Below are positions 1 through 14,391 of a DNA stretch of 64,000 nucleotides, piece after piece. How positions within the stretch are numbered: the stretch's first letter is position 1; each line of letters begins with the position of its first letter. The notes beneath the pieces were generated by a model. That model searched no databases and was not told where the DNA came from. It saw nothing but the letters and a program-made list of their open reading frames with translations. The DNA is from Pavona decussata (Eukaryota). The stretch is taken from NCBI GenBank assembly GCA_977016875.1, contig CDRNST010000289.1:930001-994000 (forward strand), read 5' to 3'. Both the position numbers and the translations under genes were made by a program.

Positions 1-238
1 GCGTCTCTCCAGTTGACTGCTAAACCCCATTTGCAGCAGGAAATGAATATCAGCTAGATTAGACATAAAAATGTGCCAGAACAAAACTGAACTTCTGTCA
101 CCGACTCAACTGTAGCAATTCGCGAACGGTAGAAGCCGCCCACTACCGCCCCCACTCCCCTTTTCTTGACAGGGTAACAAAAGTATACCCCCACACTACA
201 GCTTCCAATGATTTTAAAACTTGCCTCAACGCCTCATG

Positions 239-312
239 GAAGAAGAAGAAGAAGAAGAAGAAGAAGAAGAAGAAGAAGAAGAAGAAGAAGAAGAAAAAAA
301 AAAAAAAAAAAA
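239..312. repeat. (GAA)n microsatellite followed by poly-A
   Basis: Direct reading; it explains the poly-E and poly-F ORFs at 143-469. Confidence 0.95.
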
Positions 313-540
313 AGAAGAGGAAGGTGAACAAGAAGAAATCAGCTCACAAGCTCTACGTTGTAAACAAACCGGTGAGTTGCGTCAGGACTGGTACGAGTTA
401 CTTCCGGCTTCGGTTCTTGCTACATATGTAGTTGGACGTTTTCTGCGAAAATGTATAACTTCTAGGTAAACCGTATACATTCTCTTTGTAGGGATTCATT
501 CTAGTCAAGAGGAGTCACATATAACTCCAGCAAAGCCGTC

Positions 541-2501
541 ATGAGTAGTCGTGGCTTCGATCGTCGGCGATCGAATGACGGAAGAGAACGGTAAGTAGTA
601 GTTAGTTCATCTTTAATGAAGTTCATTTCAAGGGAGTTTCAAGCGCGTACCGAATCTCTACCAATTTTCTTTTTGGTAGTGTCTTTAAAGTCAAGAACTA
701 GCTGAAAAAAAAAATACGCCAAACTGCAGTATATCAGATAAAATTCGAATGCTTCCGCCCCTGAATAAGTTATGACATGCCAGACTCGACTGTGCTTGAC
801 AATTAAGATCGACTCGCTAAATATATTTCCCCTACGGTAGAAATAACTTCCTAGAGGTACTGAACAAGACATCTACTGATATATTTTTTAATACAGATAA
901 CAAATTCGATTTCTGACCGGCTATTAAACCTGCTTTTAAGCTGGTACACTCTCAAGTGTGCCTCTTCATCGTTTGCAACACTCTGAGCTTTTTGGCATGC
1001 TTGATGTTTTCTTAGCTTTAAATGAGCATCTAGTTAATCTGTGCTTGATTCCGTTGAAAATATTTCTTGCAATAAGCGCCAGATTTTATCGCGAGAACGA
1101 ATATAACCAGCTTGGTGTTCTATCAGAACCTGATAATTTAAATTATCACGATCGATGTGAAAACTTTCTTGACTAAAATGTCTAAAATATCTGAGCTAAA
1201 GGTCGCGTCATTAAAAATGTATTTGTTTCCCTGGTGATAGCTCAGCGCTCACGCTACTATACGAGATAATTTAGTCAAAAACTTACAGTCAATCCACGTC
1301 ACGCGTGACCTGTAATTTTGAAATTTGAATGAAGTTTTGAAATTTACATGTCAGTTTTGAACATCAGCATCGCCAGCGAGATTTAAGAGTTTCCGTAAAA
1401 ATTTCACTAGTTTATTGACGGTATAAAGCTATGAATTTTTCTTTACGTTACAGCATTAAGTATTTCAAAAATAACAATAAATTGTTTTCCAAGTATTTTG
1501 AATCTTTTTTTTTTTTCAGTTAATGCGTCTTTTTCGGAAGATTTCCAGAGAAACGTTCAACATTCCATTAAAATACCGGACATTTAATACAAAGAGGAAA
1601 TCGAATGTTCATTTCATTCTCGAAATATTGGTCACGCATGAAGTGGATTCTGTAACTTCACGCTGATGTTTACCTTTGAAACTTTTCTAGGCCAAGTTTT
1701 ACCCCTGCGCCTTTTCATACGTACATACATACATACATACATGATACGCGCCTGTCCTACGCCTGTCCCCTGGACATGCCGTGTACCATTTTTCGCAAAC
1801 GTTCGTCGTTTATAATTAGTTTACAAAACAGTTTTCTGTGTCTCTGAGCTGGATAACATTGTCGAACTGCCGATTCTCCGATCGAAGGTCCAATTGAAAA
1901 TTTAATACGCGCTACTAAGGACGGTGCCTGCTAATACAAGGATATTTTGCGCGGTTTATGACTATCCGGGAACTGGGCCGAAGCAGATCAAGGAATCCAA
2001 AAATAAAATTTGGGTAACCACACATTTTTTTTTTTTTTTAGAGATAATTTAGCAACAATTATTCTAAAAAGCCGTAAAATACAAAGCAATGAATGGCGGT
2101 TTTTTTTTTCTTTTAATTGAAGCTTTATTATCTCTGAAAAATGCATGGCTACCCCCAATTTTCATTTTCAATACAACAACAACAACAACAACACCCAAAT
2201 TAAAGAATTATGTTACAAAATTAGGATAAATAAAATAAAAATGACTACGTGGCTGTCCAGAATAACCATAATGGGCTCATTAGAAGCTGGACAACAACCA
2301 TCCTTAGTGATTACATCAATTTTTATTAGGGTCGGGTACTAAAGACAAACATATACAACAACACACAATGACAATTAGCTGGAAAATACAGTGTATTGAC
2401 AGGTTATGTAACAGAAGAAAGTCGTTGTATTTTAAAGGTATAGACATTCATATTGTACTAAAAGCTTGAAGAACACCTGCTGAGTTCTGCTTTCTCTGCA
2501 C

Positions 2502-2537
<36 letters not shown>

Positions 2538-5262
2538 GGCACCACCCATGGGAAACCCGAGTATCTCCAGATGCACAGAACATATGCGCAATAACAAAAG
2601 TAGGCACCATCCTTAAAATAAACTACAACATTACGACGCCACATTATGACGGGTTCTCCGCAATTTACAAGGTGTATATGCAAGAGTCGCCGAATTGAAT
2701 CGTTTTTACCGTAGTGTGTGCAAGTTGTGACGTTCTTGAAGCCCTCGTCCTCGTGACTCCTTAATATCGAGTTCCCTTCCTGTCTGAACTGAGGTTATAT
2801 TGAATTTTGGAGACACCAATTATTTTCTCACCCCTTGCAGGTCCGCTTATAATAACCTCCAAAAACCACCTAAGGAGCCAATGGAAAGTGAAATTGTTAA
2901 GGTACCAGGGGATTTGAAAGGTCGTGTGATCGGAAAAGGAGGATGCATAATTAAGGAAATCATGACGGCTTCAGGAGCATTGATTAGTTCGCCGAGGAAA
3001 GACGGCGCGTACAATGACTGTTTTACAGTCAGCGGTGATGCAGAGCAACGAGCATGCGCTAAGAAGCTTATTTTAGAAAAAGTGGTGAGTTGTTGGCATC
3101 GCTATAATGCTACCTTTTAAATTAAATTCGTTGTTTCTCGCACAAAAGCGAGACATCTCCACGTGCTGGTATGCAAGAGTCACGTGTTCCTTAATCTTGA
3201 GCTTTTTTAAAAGTCACCCTCATAAAAAAAAAAACACTTCAAGGAAGCATGACAGTGTTACATCTTCTTGTAAGTTTGTGGCACAAGTGCCGCCACCCGC
3301 TTGTTTAACAGCTTTCTAATATTAATTGGTTATCAAAACAAAGCTGTAAAAAGATGTTTCATTTTTGCTCTGATAAGTAAAAGATGCTTATTGTCTATTG
3401 AGCTGCGACAAAGAAAAACAATTGGGGAAAACCGATGGGAATCGACCCACGACTTTCTGAATACCGGTCGATTGCCGCTCTAACCATATGCATTGAGGCT
3501 TTTCAAAGCCAAAATTTGTAATGTTTCGGTACCTTTTATCAGACCCTGCAGGTCTTTAAAATCCTTCCCCTTTATCAGATATGGTTTCTAGAATCCATAC
3601 CAGAATTTCAGACAAGAATGGTTGTTAAAGTTTGCCCTATTTCACAGATGAGTCCAAAATGACCCAAGAACGATACCTTTTGGTGCCGAACATACCTATA
3701 GATATACACTCCTTTTTATTTATAAGAACGTCTAAAGTTGGGGCTGAGGCTGAACGTTCTTGTCTGTTTGTTTGTTTTTCGATTTGAACCTGGAAACGTT
3801 CTTTTAAAACATGTTGTTAAAGTGTGGTATAGTATTTCAATAAATCAATGCGGACTTGACCTGAAAACCTATCAAAGTGCATTGTTTGCTCGACTACAAA
3901 CTGAGTTGTTCTTCAGAGTATCATGGAAGCGGAAAACCGCATTGTCAGTAATGTTAAAAACCATCCCTAAGTATTTGAGTTGATTGCCCTGTTAGACTAC
4001 AGTTTTACTTTTCTTTTACCTTCATTTATACTACTTACAAAAATCAAAAACAAATGAGCAAAATAAAGACTTTCTTAACTGATTCTCAGCTTGTGTATGT
4101 TCTTAGTATTTTCTTAAAAGTTGTGTTCATCTCAGCCTGAACGTTCTTATAATAAAGGTTCTTATAAAAAAAAAAAGAATGTAGCTTATATAGGGGAGTA
4201 CACCTGGGGGGATTGAGAATAAGTTACCTTTTGTGGCATTGACTTCTTTCACTAATCACTTCGCCCTCTCTTTTCCTCCCTTCTGCCTGTATCCCACTTT
4301 AAAGAGATTCGCCACTGACAAGATGCTAGCCTTGCGTAAATTGTTTTATTTGCCTTATACTCTTTAGGAGGAAATCTGCCAAAGGATGCGCGAGGGAGCT
4401 CCCCCCGGCGAACTAGTGGAGATTCCGGACAAATACAAAGGTTTGGTAATGGGTAAAGGGGGAGATAATCTCAGGGAAATCAGCACTCTGACAGGAGCAA
4501 AAGTGATTCGTAAAGGTGGAGAAGTTTATGTAACCGGTGGAACACGGGAGCAAAGAGAACAGGCAAAAGTGCACATCAAAGTCAAAATCGTAAGTAGGTC
4601 AATAACATTTATTTCTTTAAATTACCTGGAGGAATTACACATCCAGCGTTGGCTTCTTTTTATGTACCTTTATTTTTGTTATTTATTGATTCATTATTTT
4701 CATGCATACATACACTGACAACTTGTTAATGCACAATCGTGCAATTACCTTACTGCATTTTGAATAAATATGCTGCAACCCGCAGGCAGCTAGCTAGGAT
4801 ATCGATGATAACAAATTAGTGGATGGTGAATGAAAACAGGACTGTGTGTCCTTCCAGTTATTACACAGAGCAATACTGTTCATATATTTTTATGAAAATT
4901 CCGTGTTAGGAGTGNNNNNNNNNNNNNNNNNNNNNNNNNNNNNNNNNNNNNNNNNNNNNNNNNNNNNNNNNNNNNNNNNNNNNNNNNNNNNNNNNNNNNN
5001 NNNNNNNNNNNNNNNNNNNNNNNNNNNNNNNNNNNNNNNNNNNNNNNNNNCATGGAATACCAGCCATTATTAAAAACTGGATCATTGTATAATGCAATTC
5101 CAGGGTTTTGATTGGTTTAGCAGCGATGGTATATGAGCCATTATACCATGCCCGAGAAGTAGCGACCACAAATTGTTTTCCTGTTGCTCTTGAAAAGGAG
5201 TCATCAAGGCCTACCAATATTACTTGATTGTTTTTAATAAAACAATTATTCCACTCGTGCTT

Positions 5263-5297
<35 letters not shown>

Positions 5298-5298
5298 T

Positions 5299-5339
<41 letters not shown>

Positions 5340-7497
5340 ACTCGTGGAATAATTGTTAAGTAAACTTTGTCCATTTAAAAAGAAGCCACAGACCCTTATC
5401 ACTCGGCGGCCCTGTTGAGTCTCGGGGAAATAAATAGCTCTGTTCTCGCACGGCAAGCCTCGGCCAGACGCAAATTCAGTGCTAGGCTTGCCGTGCAAAA
5501 CACAAAGCTATTTGTTTTCCACTCATTCTATACTTTTGATAGGCTGGGGCTAGAGTCAGGGGTGTGGAAAACGAGTTCACCAAGATCTGTTGTTATGTTG
5601 ATGGCTGGAATCTGACTGCGGATGGTAGAGTCAAACTGGAGCAACTGGTACCAGGAGATCGGATGTTTCTTCCAGGACCGCAAGCGCAGTACAGGTTGAG
5701 ATCAGCTGAGGATTATGGACCACAGGTGAAGTTTGTTTCTAATTACTGGGTAAACAGTACTAGTGAGTATAAAATATATCAGCTGATTATATTGGCGATT
5801 TTAATATTACAGAGTTATAATCATATAAATTTTTCAGGGCACAAAATGACCGGTTAAAATACTGAAATATATTGATGAACTTCCTGTTCTATTTTAAACT
5901 GAGTAAGCAGCGCGCAATGTGTTGATTTACTGGCTATTGTAATTGTAATCCGTCGTGACATGCATGCTTGTTCATGGTACACTTGAATTTCATTTGGTGT
6001 GTACTTTTGAGGTTTTACATTCAATCGAAAATACATTACGTTGATCGCAACGATTTACTGCATTCAGTTTCTTGAAATCTTGAACTTTGCAATGAGAAAA
6101 CCTAACTCAAAACCTTAATTGTAGTCACTTCATGGTACACTACACTTCAAGAAATTTTGGTGCACCCTTTGCAACGATCTTGAAGAATTGTACGACACCA
6201 ATGCAACGACAGATACAGCGATGAAGGTCAAATGTACTCATACCTCCAAATCTGCATGGATGATTAATTACAGAGACAGACTTAAACGAAAAACTATTAG
6301 AACAAATAGTGCATCCATTTGGAACTGAACAGTTACGAAAAGTGAGAAATCAAGTAAACAGGAAATCATTTCTCTGTCGATTCAATCTTTGTAATTAAAT
6401 TCTCTTTTCAGGTTTGTTGCAGTCAACTCACTTTGTAATGAACTACCAAAACCGCTTAGTATTCACCACTTTCCGAATTATAGCCATGCCATACCATAGT
6501 GGCCATGAGATACCGTAGCATATAGCATACTATGGCCATGNNNNNNNNNNNNNNNNNNNNNNNNNNNNNNNNNNNNNNNNNNNNNNNNNNNNNNNNNNNN
6601 NNNNNNNNNNNNNNNNNNNNNNNNNNNNNNNNNNNNNNNNNNNNNNNNNNNNNNNNNNNNNNNNNNNNNNNNNNNNNNNNNNNNNNNNNNNNNNNNNNNN
6701 NNNNNNNNNNNNNNNNNNNNNNNNNNNNNNNNNNNNNNNNNNNNNNNNNNNNNNNNNNNNNNTACCATAGTTTTACGGTATTATTAATAGAATGATAGGC
6801 GTGTTATCATGTATTAATTCAACAATTTCTGCAGGATGCCTTCGGTCCAGGTGATAACCCAAGCTATCTGGTAAGACTCAAGAAGGAAGCTTTAGAGTCC
6901 CTTCGTCAGATTAAATGTGAAATGGAAACGAAAGGATACTTGAAGCTCGACATGTGGTGCCACTTTGGAACGGCCATCGTTCGGGGACCTGACGAAGGTT
7001 AAAGTATCTACTTTAGTGTTTATAACGTTTTTACGAATTGCCTAAACAGAAAACTTGATAAAGACAAAAGTTGCATTTAATACACTGAAAATGCAGTCGT
7101 CAAATGTTTTTCAGCCATTGTTGTCAATGATCATGATAACCATGAGAATTTGTGAATTACTTAGCGCCACTTCAGCACAATCCCGTGGTTCTTTGTACGA
7201 ACGTTCGTGCATGAGGTATCGTTCATGTGCAACTGATCTTTGTCATTGCATGGAGGGAAAAGTCCCTGTAATCTCGCTCGTGTCCTTGAAAATTTGGGAA
7301 ATGTCGTATATTCTTAGGTTCATGTAACACGTTTTTATTTGTGCATGATTTGAAGGCAGACCCCTTTAAGTTGACATGGAGCGAGACCTTTTAGGTTAAT
7401 CGTAGAGGAAATAGCTCTGTTTCATTAATGATAGAAAGGTTCAAATTTTTATTGTGAAGGTACAGTCCATTGGTTTTTCTCGCAATAATTGCTCAAT

Positions 7498-7546
<49 letters not shown>

Positions 7547-8873
7547 GAGATACTCGGGTTTCCTATAGGTGGTGCCTGCCAAAACAGGAATATTTTTGCG
7601 CGGTTTAAAGCGGCCTTCACACGGCAAACTAAAGTTGGCAAACTCGTGTTGGCGAACTTCAAAAAGTTGGCAAACTTGTGCCTTCACACGTCAAACTCGC
7701 GTCAAATCACAACACGCTAAATTTGCAACATGGCCGATGTAGAGCAGTGGCACCCACGAAGAGTTGCCGCTTGTGTCTTGGTGCTATTGTATGGTAATCG
7801 CCGAAGAAGAAACAGAAAGCGCTGGCAAAATAGAAGGTTTGGACGAAACCTTATATCACTAGAAATCCCACCCTTGGAGCTTACAACACGCTCTTCCAAG
7901 AGCTTCGCGCCTTTTAACCCCAGTTTCTCCGCTAGTTCTTCCATTTTCGTCCCACAGATCTGGACAGTTTTCAACTTCCTCGATGAATTGAAAAGTTGCA
8001 CGTTCGTCTTCACATCCGTCCGCCATTTTGTGAAGTGTCATGCAAATCACGTGAATAGAGCTCGTGTTTTGATTGGTTGACAGTCACCAACACACGTTTG
8101 CCAACCGTTCACACGTCAAATACGAGTTTACCAACACGAAAACGCTGGTGAAAAAGTTGGCGAGAATAGAGGCAAGTTCTATTTAACGCCAACAGTTTAC
8201 CAACTTGTTTGCCGACTGTTTTTGTGCCGTTCACACACGGCACATGAGTTTGCCAACACGAGTTTGCCGACTTTAGTTTGCCGTGTGAAGGCCGCTTAAA
8301 ACTATGCGGAGAAAGCAGAACTTAGCAAACGCTTTTGGTATCTCGAAAGAAAATTGGGAGTAACCATGCATTTTTCAGAGATAATTAAACTTCAATTTGG
8401 GTGAAAAATCCCCTACATTGCTTCATATTTTGGCGCTTTTTAGAAATATTATTGCTTAATTATCTCTGAAAAATACGTGGCTACCCCCAATTTTCGTTTT
8501 GGATTCAATTAGGTTTTCCTAAGATCTGCTTTCCCCGCATAGTCATAAACCGCACAAAAATACTTCGATATTAGTGGGCACCTGCCTTAAATTGTCTTAT
8601 CCAATAAAAATGCTTTATTGCGACCATTGCAGAAAGTGTGTAACCTCTTACAGTAGAAGAAAAGGTGTTCTAACGTCTCTATATCTTCACCGCAGAATTA
8701 ACAGCGGAGAATCAACTATTCTGAATTTGAAAAGCACGTCGTTTGTACAAGAGCCCCTTTGTAGTATAATGTATTGAAATTCTCTTAAGTTGGTGTTTAA
8801 CGCAATATTTTGAAGACTTGTGAATATATTTTTTCCATTTTAACTGATAGCTCTCCATATTAAAAGCTTCACT

Positions 8874-8944
<71 letters not shown>

Positions 8945-11900
8945 GATTAGCGGTTGGCCTCGTGTTACTTTTCTACCATCCGTGAATACATTGGAGTCCG
9001 ATTTCACGCTTTTAGCAGACTGAAGAGAGAGCTTAGAGATTTAAAAATTTGGTGGTAGTGAAATCCCAAAGCAATTAAAGAGAAATACTCTAAGATTACG
9101 AGATCTTGTTAGTAACACGGTTATTTCACTTAATCTACACTTTCTTAGAATGGAACTCTTGCAAACCCACAAAGGTGGAAAACTATTCAAGGCGGATGCA
9201 AGAACAATTAAAGAGACAAGGAAAATGAAAAAAAGTAGATAATTAGATACCACAAGAATCTGACAACTAAAGTAATATATGTGTATAATTATCTCTGTAC
9301 TTTCACTACGGCCAAATTGACTTTAATACCTTCTGTTATAGAGGAGGCTGAGGAGGGAGAATGGACTATTGACGAAGCAACAGAAAAGTTTCAGTCATCA
9401 GGGGAAGAAAGTTACTGGAAAACTGCATTCAACCAAGGAGTGAGTCTGGATGAGAACATTTTCCAGGACTATGATTGTAACAAGACTTCAGAGGAATATA
9501 TAGCAAGATATGATCTGACATATTTAACGCCATGCGGTCACGAACTAAGGTGCAAGGTAAGGCAAAATGGATCCTAATATTTAAATCTGTCTTTGTGAAA
9601 GATATTCTTGAAGCGGTAAGCGCTGCCATGTTTACAAGATAAAATGTCATAAGTAACATGACGCCAAGCAATGTTTCAATAAGAATAGCTGTTTTCTCCA
9701 AGAATGCAAACAGCTAACAAAAGCAGCAGATATTTTTAAACTTCATAATCTGTGCTAAGCATGAAAAAATTTCATTTTCTGCGCTTGTTGTAATTATGAT
9801 GGTGACAAACGTCGCTATTTTGATGACGTCACACTTCCCTCTGTGGCGCTATTACCCAACTTTAACTTCTTACAACACATAACATACTATTAATTGAAAG
9901 CTGGATTTTTTAAAACTATTGTGAAAGAAATAAAAATAACATAACGCGAGGTTAGGGATGCATGGGTTTGCTTGTACGTCACATAATCTGTGTACTGAAC
10001 GAACTTTAACATCATGTTGCTCGTCTCATTCAATGTTTATCTTTCTGACAGGCAGAACTCTGTTATGAAAGCAGCTAAACCACTGTACTGACTAGCAAGC
10101 TTGTTTCTGATATTCTGTCATATGGTGTATTATTAACATACAGTGTGAGGAGATGAGAGCAACCTAGTCAGTAGTTATATATGATAAAATTAACCCCCTT
10201 TGGGTACAGGTTACAGTATAGGTATAAGTAAATCATTAACTTGTATAAGTGCCATTTTGAATTTCCCAGCAAGCGAATTGTAAGGAATGACTTGACTTGA
10301 ACGTTGGTGCTTTTATTTTGAAAACATAACAGAGTTTTGAACTAACCAATCCGTGTTGAGTAACAAGGGGCAAGGCTATGCAAGTCGATTGTTCCTCCCT
10401 CCCCTATTGTTTAAGAGCGCGGTCATTAATACACCTATTCACTTATTAGTATGCAGGAAGACAGCCATACTTATTAATGATTTACCTAAACTTATACCGT
10501 TACCTGTACTCAAACGGGGTTATTTTTTAACATTTATAACTACCCTTGTCGTTAAACAGGTGTGGGTTGCAAAAGAGAATGTTGCGAAAAAGTTGGAGGA
10601 CATAGAAATTCCTTTCAGTGACGTTAAGAATGTCTTAGAGGAAATACACTTTGAAGACGATGCAACACGGTCACGTTGTCGAGGGTGGCTGGTTTTACCA
10701 TCTAGAAGATTTCTGCAGGCAGATATAATGTTTCCTGGTTGTGAATTCGACTGCAGACTGACTATTCGTGGACGAACAGGTATGCATAAAGAGGTTCGTT
10801 ATAACCTTGAATAGACATTTAATGACAAAGAGAGTGGAAATATGAAATGTGATATATTTAAACTGCGGATGAAAGGTTTAACAGATGAATAACTTTAACG
10901 AGTAATTACAGAGACCTAGCTTATAAAAAATATACTAATATACTGCGTGAAATTTTCCAGGGGATGCCAGATACGCTCTTGACTCTAAACGCAATGAGTG
11001 TGTTCTTTCTACGTCGGACGCAATAACTTGAATAAATAAATAAATAAAATAAATAAATAAATAAATAATAACAAATAGTATAAAATACCGACAGAATTTC
11101 TGCCATTTTCGCCGACTAAATTTCGAGATAATCTATGCTAAACTATAGAAGCTAAAAGTTACCAAATGATTTAAGGGGATAAGATTTCAGTCTATAACAA
11201 GGAAGATCATATTCTCCACTGTAATTAAGTAAGGACTATTATTTGTTTGTAAGAAACGGTGAACGAAAAGTTTTTTTGTGATGCGTGTTATTTGTTTGCC
11301 ACAGAAAGCGGAATGGTCATAGACTATGTCCCCAAGGAAGAAGCAAGACATGTTTTGTCTACATACCTTTCTGGGATAACTGTGACGGGTCAAAATGCAG
11401 GATCGGAACTCCATCTTCCAGAGATGAATAAACCTGAGGGATATCACTTAATCCACAAAAGATGTTCCAGGCGATCTCTTTATGAAATAAGTGAAGCGTT
11501 CGCTATCATTCTCTCGAAAGAAAGCACCAGGCGAAGCGAGGGGAAAACAGAGGAGTCCAGAGAATCGGTATCCATAACTTAAAATGTAATATGTACAGTC
11601 GTGGGTTGAAAAAGGATTCCCCGCACAAACAGCTATTACAATAAAGTTTGTCAATAAAACTGGAGTTCGGGAAAGTTTCTGTAAGATGAACATTGAAGAG
11701 AAAGGGTACCAGCGCATGTGCAGTTGGCCAGAAACTGAGACTGAGTGTTTTTTGACCATCGAGGAAATGCTCCATGCTGCATTTGCTCAGTCAAAAATTT
11801 TATGAGATTTTGCTGAGGACTACCTCAGAAAGCAAGGAATTTAATTTAGGATTTAACGTGAAAACACTTAACGAGGAATTGCCAAAGATCCCTCTGTTAA

Positions 11901-12500
11901 ACATTTACGGGAACAATTTAAACGTTCAAGTACCTTGTAAAGTTTCATACAGACAAATACACGACACCGAGATCAAGTTAACTAACGAACTTATTACACT
12001 TTGCTGGTTTTGAGTGCTCAGAAATGTAGCTATAGATACAATTAAACTGTGTTCAGTCACCTTAAGGACGGTGCCTACTTTTGTTACTGCGCAAACGTTC
12101 TACTCATTTCTAGATACTCGGGTTTCCTATGGGTGGTGCTTACTAATACAGGGATATTTTTTGCCCGGTTTAAAACTAAGCGGAGAAAGCAGAACTTAGC
12201 AAGTGCTCTTTTTGGATTTCAACAGCCCTTGCAACAACTGCTTTTCCCGCGTAGTCACAAGCCATACAAAAATACTTCTTTATTAGAAGGCACCGTCCTT
12301 AAAGTAAAACCTATTCTTTGCTTCTTTTCTCACAGACCGACCTCCATTTGCACTGCAAAGAGTGGGACAAGATACTCAGAAGTGGTGACTGGGAACCAGA
12401 AATAATAACAGAGAAGATTCCGGAATTCTTTCAGTTTGTGAGGAGGGTTCAGGATTTTGTTCTTCGAAAAATGAAGAGGACCAGTAATGACAAGCTATAA
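541..12500 (+). CDS. Nine-exon gene: two KH RNA-binding domains plus uncharacterised ~350-aa C-terminal domain (~574 aa)
   Basis: Exons 541-590, 2841-3084, 4368-4589, 5543-5725, 6835-6997, 9342-9556, 10560-10779, 11305-11567 and 12336-12500 all have GT-AG borders and compatible phases, totalling 1725 nt in one open frame. KH motifs VPGDLKGRVIGKGG and IPDKYKGLVMGKGG have intact GxxG loops. AATAAA at ~12941. Confidence 0.85.
1919..2612. mobile_element. Kolobok-like non-autonomous element (MITE), copy 1
   Basis: Ends GGACGGTGCCT...AGGCACCATCC flanked by CTAA/TTAA; body matches the copies at 7502 and 12066 in inverse orientation. TTAA target plus RR..YY ends fit Kolobok. Confidence 0.7.
3707..4181. 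mobile_element. TA-flanked MITE with imperfect TIRs
   Basis: TA|CACTCCTTTTTATTTATAAGAAC ... GTTCTTATAAAAAAAAAAAGAATG|TA. Confidence 0.55.
5067..5358. mobile_element. Short element with terminal ~117-nt hairpin and asymmetric subterminal inverted repeat (Crypton-like, non-autonomous)
   Basis: Near-perfect palindrome 5241-5357; TTATTAAAAAC at ~5068 is the reverse complement of GTTTTTAATAA at ~5230. Confidence 0.55.
7502..8586. mobile_element. Kolobok-like MITE, copy 2 (interrupted by a Harbinger derivative)
   Basis: TTAA|GGACGGTGCC ... GGCACCTGCC|TTAA. Confidence 0.75.
7609..8296. mobile_element. Internally deleted PIF/Harbinger element
   Basis: TIRs of ~45 bp (AGCGGCCTTCACACGGCAAACTAAAG...), TAA duplication at 7606-7608 and 8297-8299; removal restores the MITE consensus GCGCGGTTTAAAACT. 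MADF-like remnant FIEEVENCPDLWD on the - strand. Confidence 0.8.
8876..8943. repeat. (TAT)n microsatellite
   Basis: Direct reading. Confidence 0.95.
12066..12298. mobile_element. Kolobok-like MITE, copy 3 (internally deleted)
   Basis: TTAA|GGACGGTGCCT ... AGGCACCGTCC|TTAA. Confidence 0.75.
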
Positions 12501-12979
12501 AGGCATTTTGTGTCTTCGGTTTGTAAAACAAGCTTTGGTCTCAAATGCATAACAATGACAGGGCGAAGGGGGATAAAATTTGACCGTAATTCCGGCTTAA
12601 TTCGCCGGCCATCCCTTCGCAAATCAATATAAATTGGAGATGAAAAATAGGCCGGCTGAGACCGGTTTTTAGTCAAATTTTGAAACTCTTCGTGGTTGGA
12701 CAGTCCCAGGTTTAAGGAGGGAAGGGTTGTCAGGAAAATAGCGACGTCAGAACTGAAAGGTAGCACGAAGTCGCAAATCGAAAGTTTCAGCTCAATTTAC
12801 TCATTTTGCCAATAGCAAACTCTTCAATGTCAAAATTTATTTGCATTTAGTTTAATATAGTCATACCTACCCGCCTCGACTAGCTTTAGCTACAGTGTAT
12901 TTGCGGGTAGGTATATACCTAACTTGTAACTCTGTTTTTTAATAAAGTTTTGTAATTTTCAATTTATTGTACAAGCGGC

Positions 12980-13360
12980 ATTGTTCTTGGACACTATTTG
13001 GGCAATAAATATTTACCAATAAAAGTGAAAGAACCTTGTACTTTAGCTTCCATTATAATAAACTGCCCTCCACCACCAAAGTTAACAGAGTTTAATTAAT
13101 GGTGTCGGTCATTTGTTATAATTAGTAAAATCATTACTCCACAGCTGTGATTATAACCACGTGAAAAATGAAGCTTACCTTGCCACTGTGCACGTGTCTT
13201 CCAGATGATCTTCTCAACCTCTATAGTGCTGCAGGTTTCTTGGAAAAAAAATGGCGTCGCCTTTCTTTCATTTAACCAGCAGAAAAGAGCTTTCCTTTCT
13301 GTGGACGATCGGATCCCTCGAACATTCAAAGAAACTAATTAATAGATCATTTCCGATATT
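12980..13360 (-). pseudogene. L1/Tx1-type LINE AP-endonuclease fragment
   Basis: SLNVRGIR...RKALFCWL...FFQET...W...FSRG.NHSCGVMIL matches the N-terminal APE motifs; degraded. Confidence 0.75.
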
Positions 13361-14391
13361 TTAAAATTCTAGCTTGCCTACGAGAGGGCATTAATGGGGT
13401 GGAGGCATTTACAGTTGACGACTAACATTTTGGCTTTTCTACGGCTAACAGTTAATTTCTCTCCCTTACGGTAAACAGACATTTGGCCAAAACAAGTCAG
13501 TTGCTTTACTAAATGTTCAAAATTAGTTTCCATTGTTGCAAGATAAATTATTAAGGTCTCCAGGTCTCTAACGAACTTTCCCGGATGAAAAAAAAAAGCT
13601 GAAATAGGGTGCATCAACCACTAAAAAAGACACAAAAAGTCCTAATAAGCGATCTTGACAATCTCTAAAATGCAAATTGTGGATAGCAATTTTTGTTTCA
13701 CGATTTACTATTTTTTTACAACTAGCAGTTAAAATTGTCCATTTTTAATGCCTAACGCCTTAGATATTTGGTGGTTTTACGACTAACGATTTGAGACCCT
13801 CCTACGAGGCTTGGGGGGGGGGGGGGGGGGGGGTAAAACAACAGAAATTAATTATTCGTCTCTGAACCTCAGTGTAATTTCTGTTGTTTTATCCCCCAAG
13901 CCCCGTAGCCAATGTTTCTAGGTGCAGAGCGCTAATGCCAAATGTTTCGCATAGAATTAATTGCACATACATTAAACAAAGTAAAACAAGCTTGAGACAC
14001 AAAGAGGTACCTTTTAACGCATAAACATGACAAACATAACACTAAACATATACATTTGTTCTAAGTTGTGATTGTATGAGAAGATAGTTTGACAGTAAAG
14101 TTGGTTGTAAACTGGAAACAAAAGTGCCAGTTTGAAACCTTGCATATATTATCCCGCACTCGTGCGCTAATTTATTTCATTTGATTGATTACATAGATAG
14201 AATGGAAATAAAACACATTAGTGGTTTAAGGAAAGTGATGCTCCTTATTTTTGATGTATAAACTAAGATAAGTGGCTTTTCGTGCGACACGACTGTATAA
14301 TTATTTATAGCGAGGCAAGTTTTGCGCCGAGAACCCAAGTTGCGACTCCCTAGGGGATCTTGAGGCACGCTCCCCCAGACAATATTGAAAT

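Noticed and set aside
143-469. Poly-Phe and poly-Glu/Lys ORFs
   Set aside because: Translations of the (GAA)n/poly-A tract.
4846-6795. ORFs spanning N runs (also 24778-25074)
   Set aside because: Artefacts of assembly gaps.
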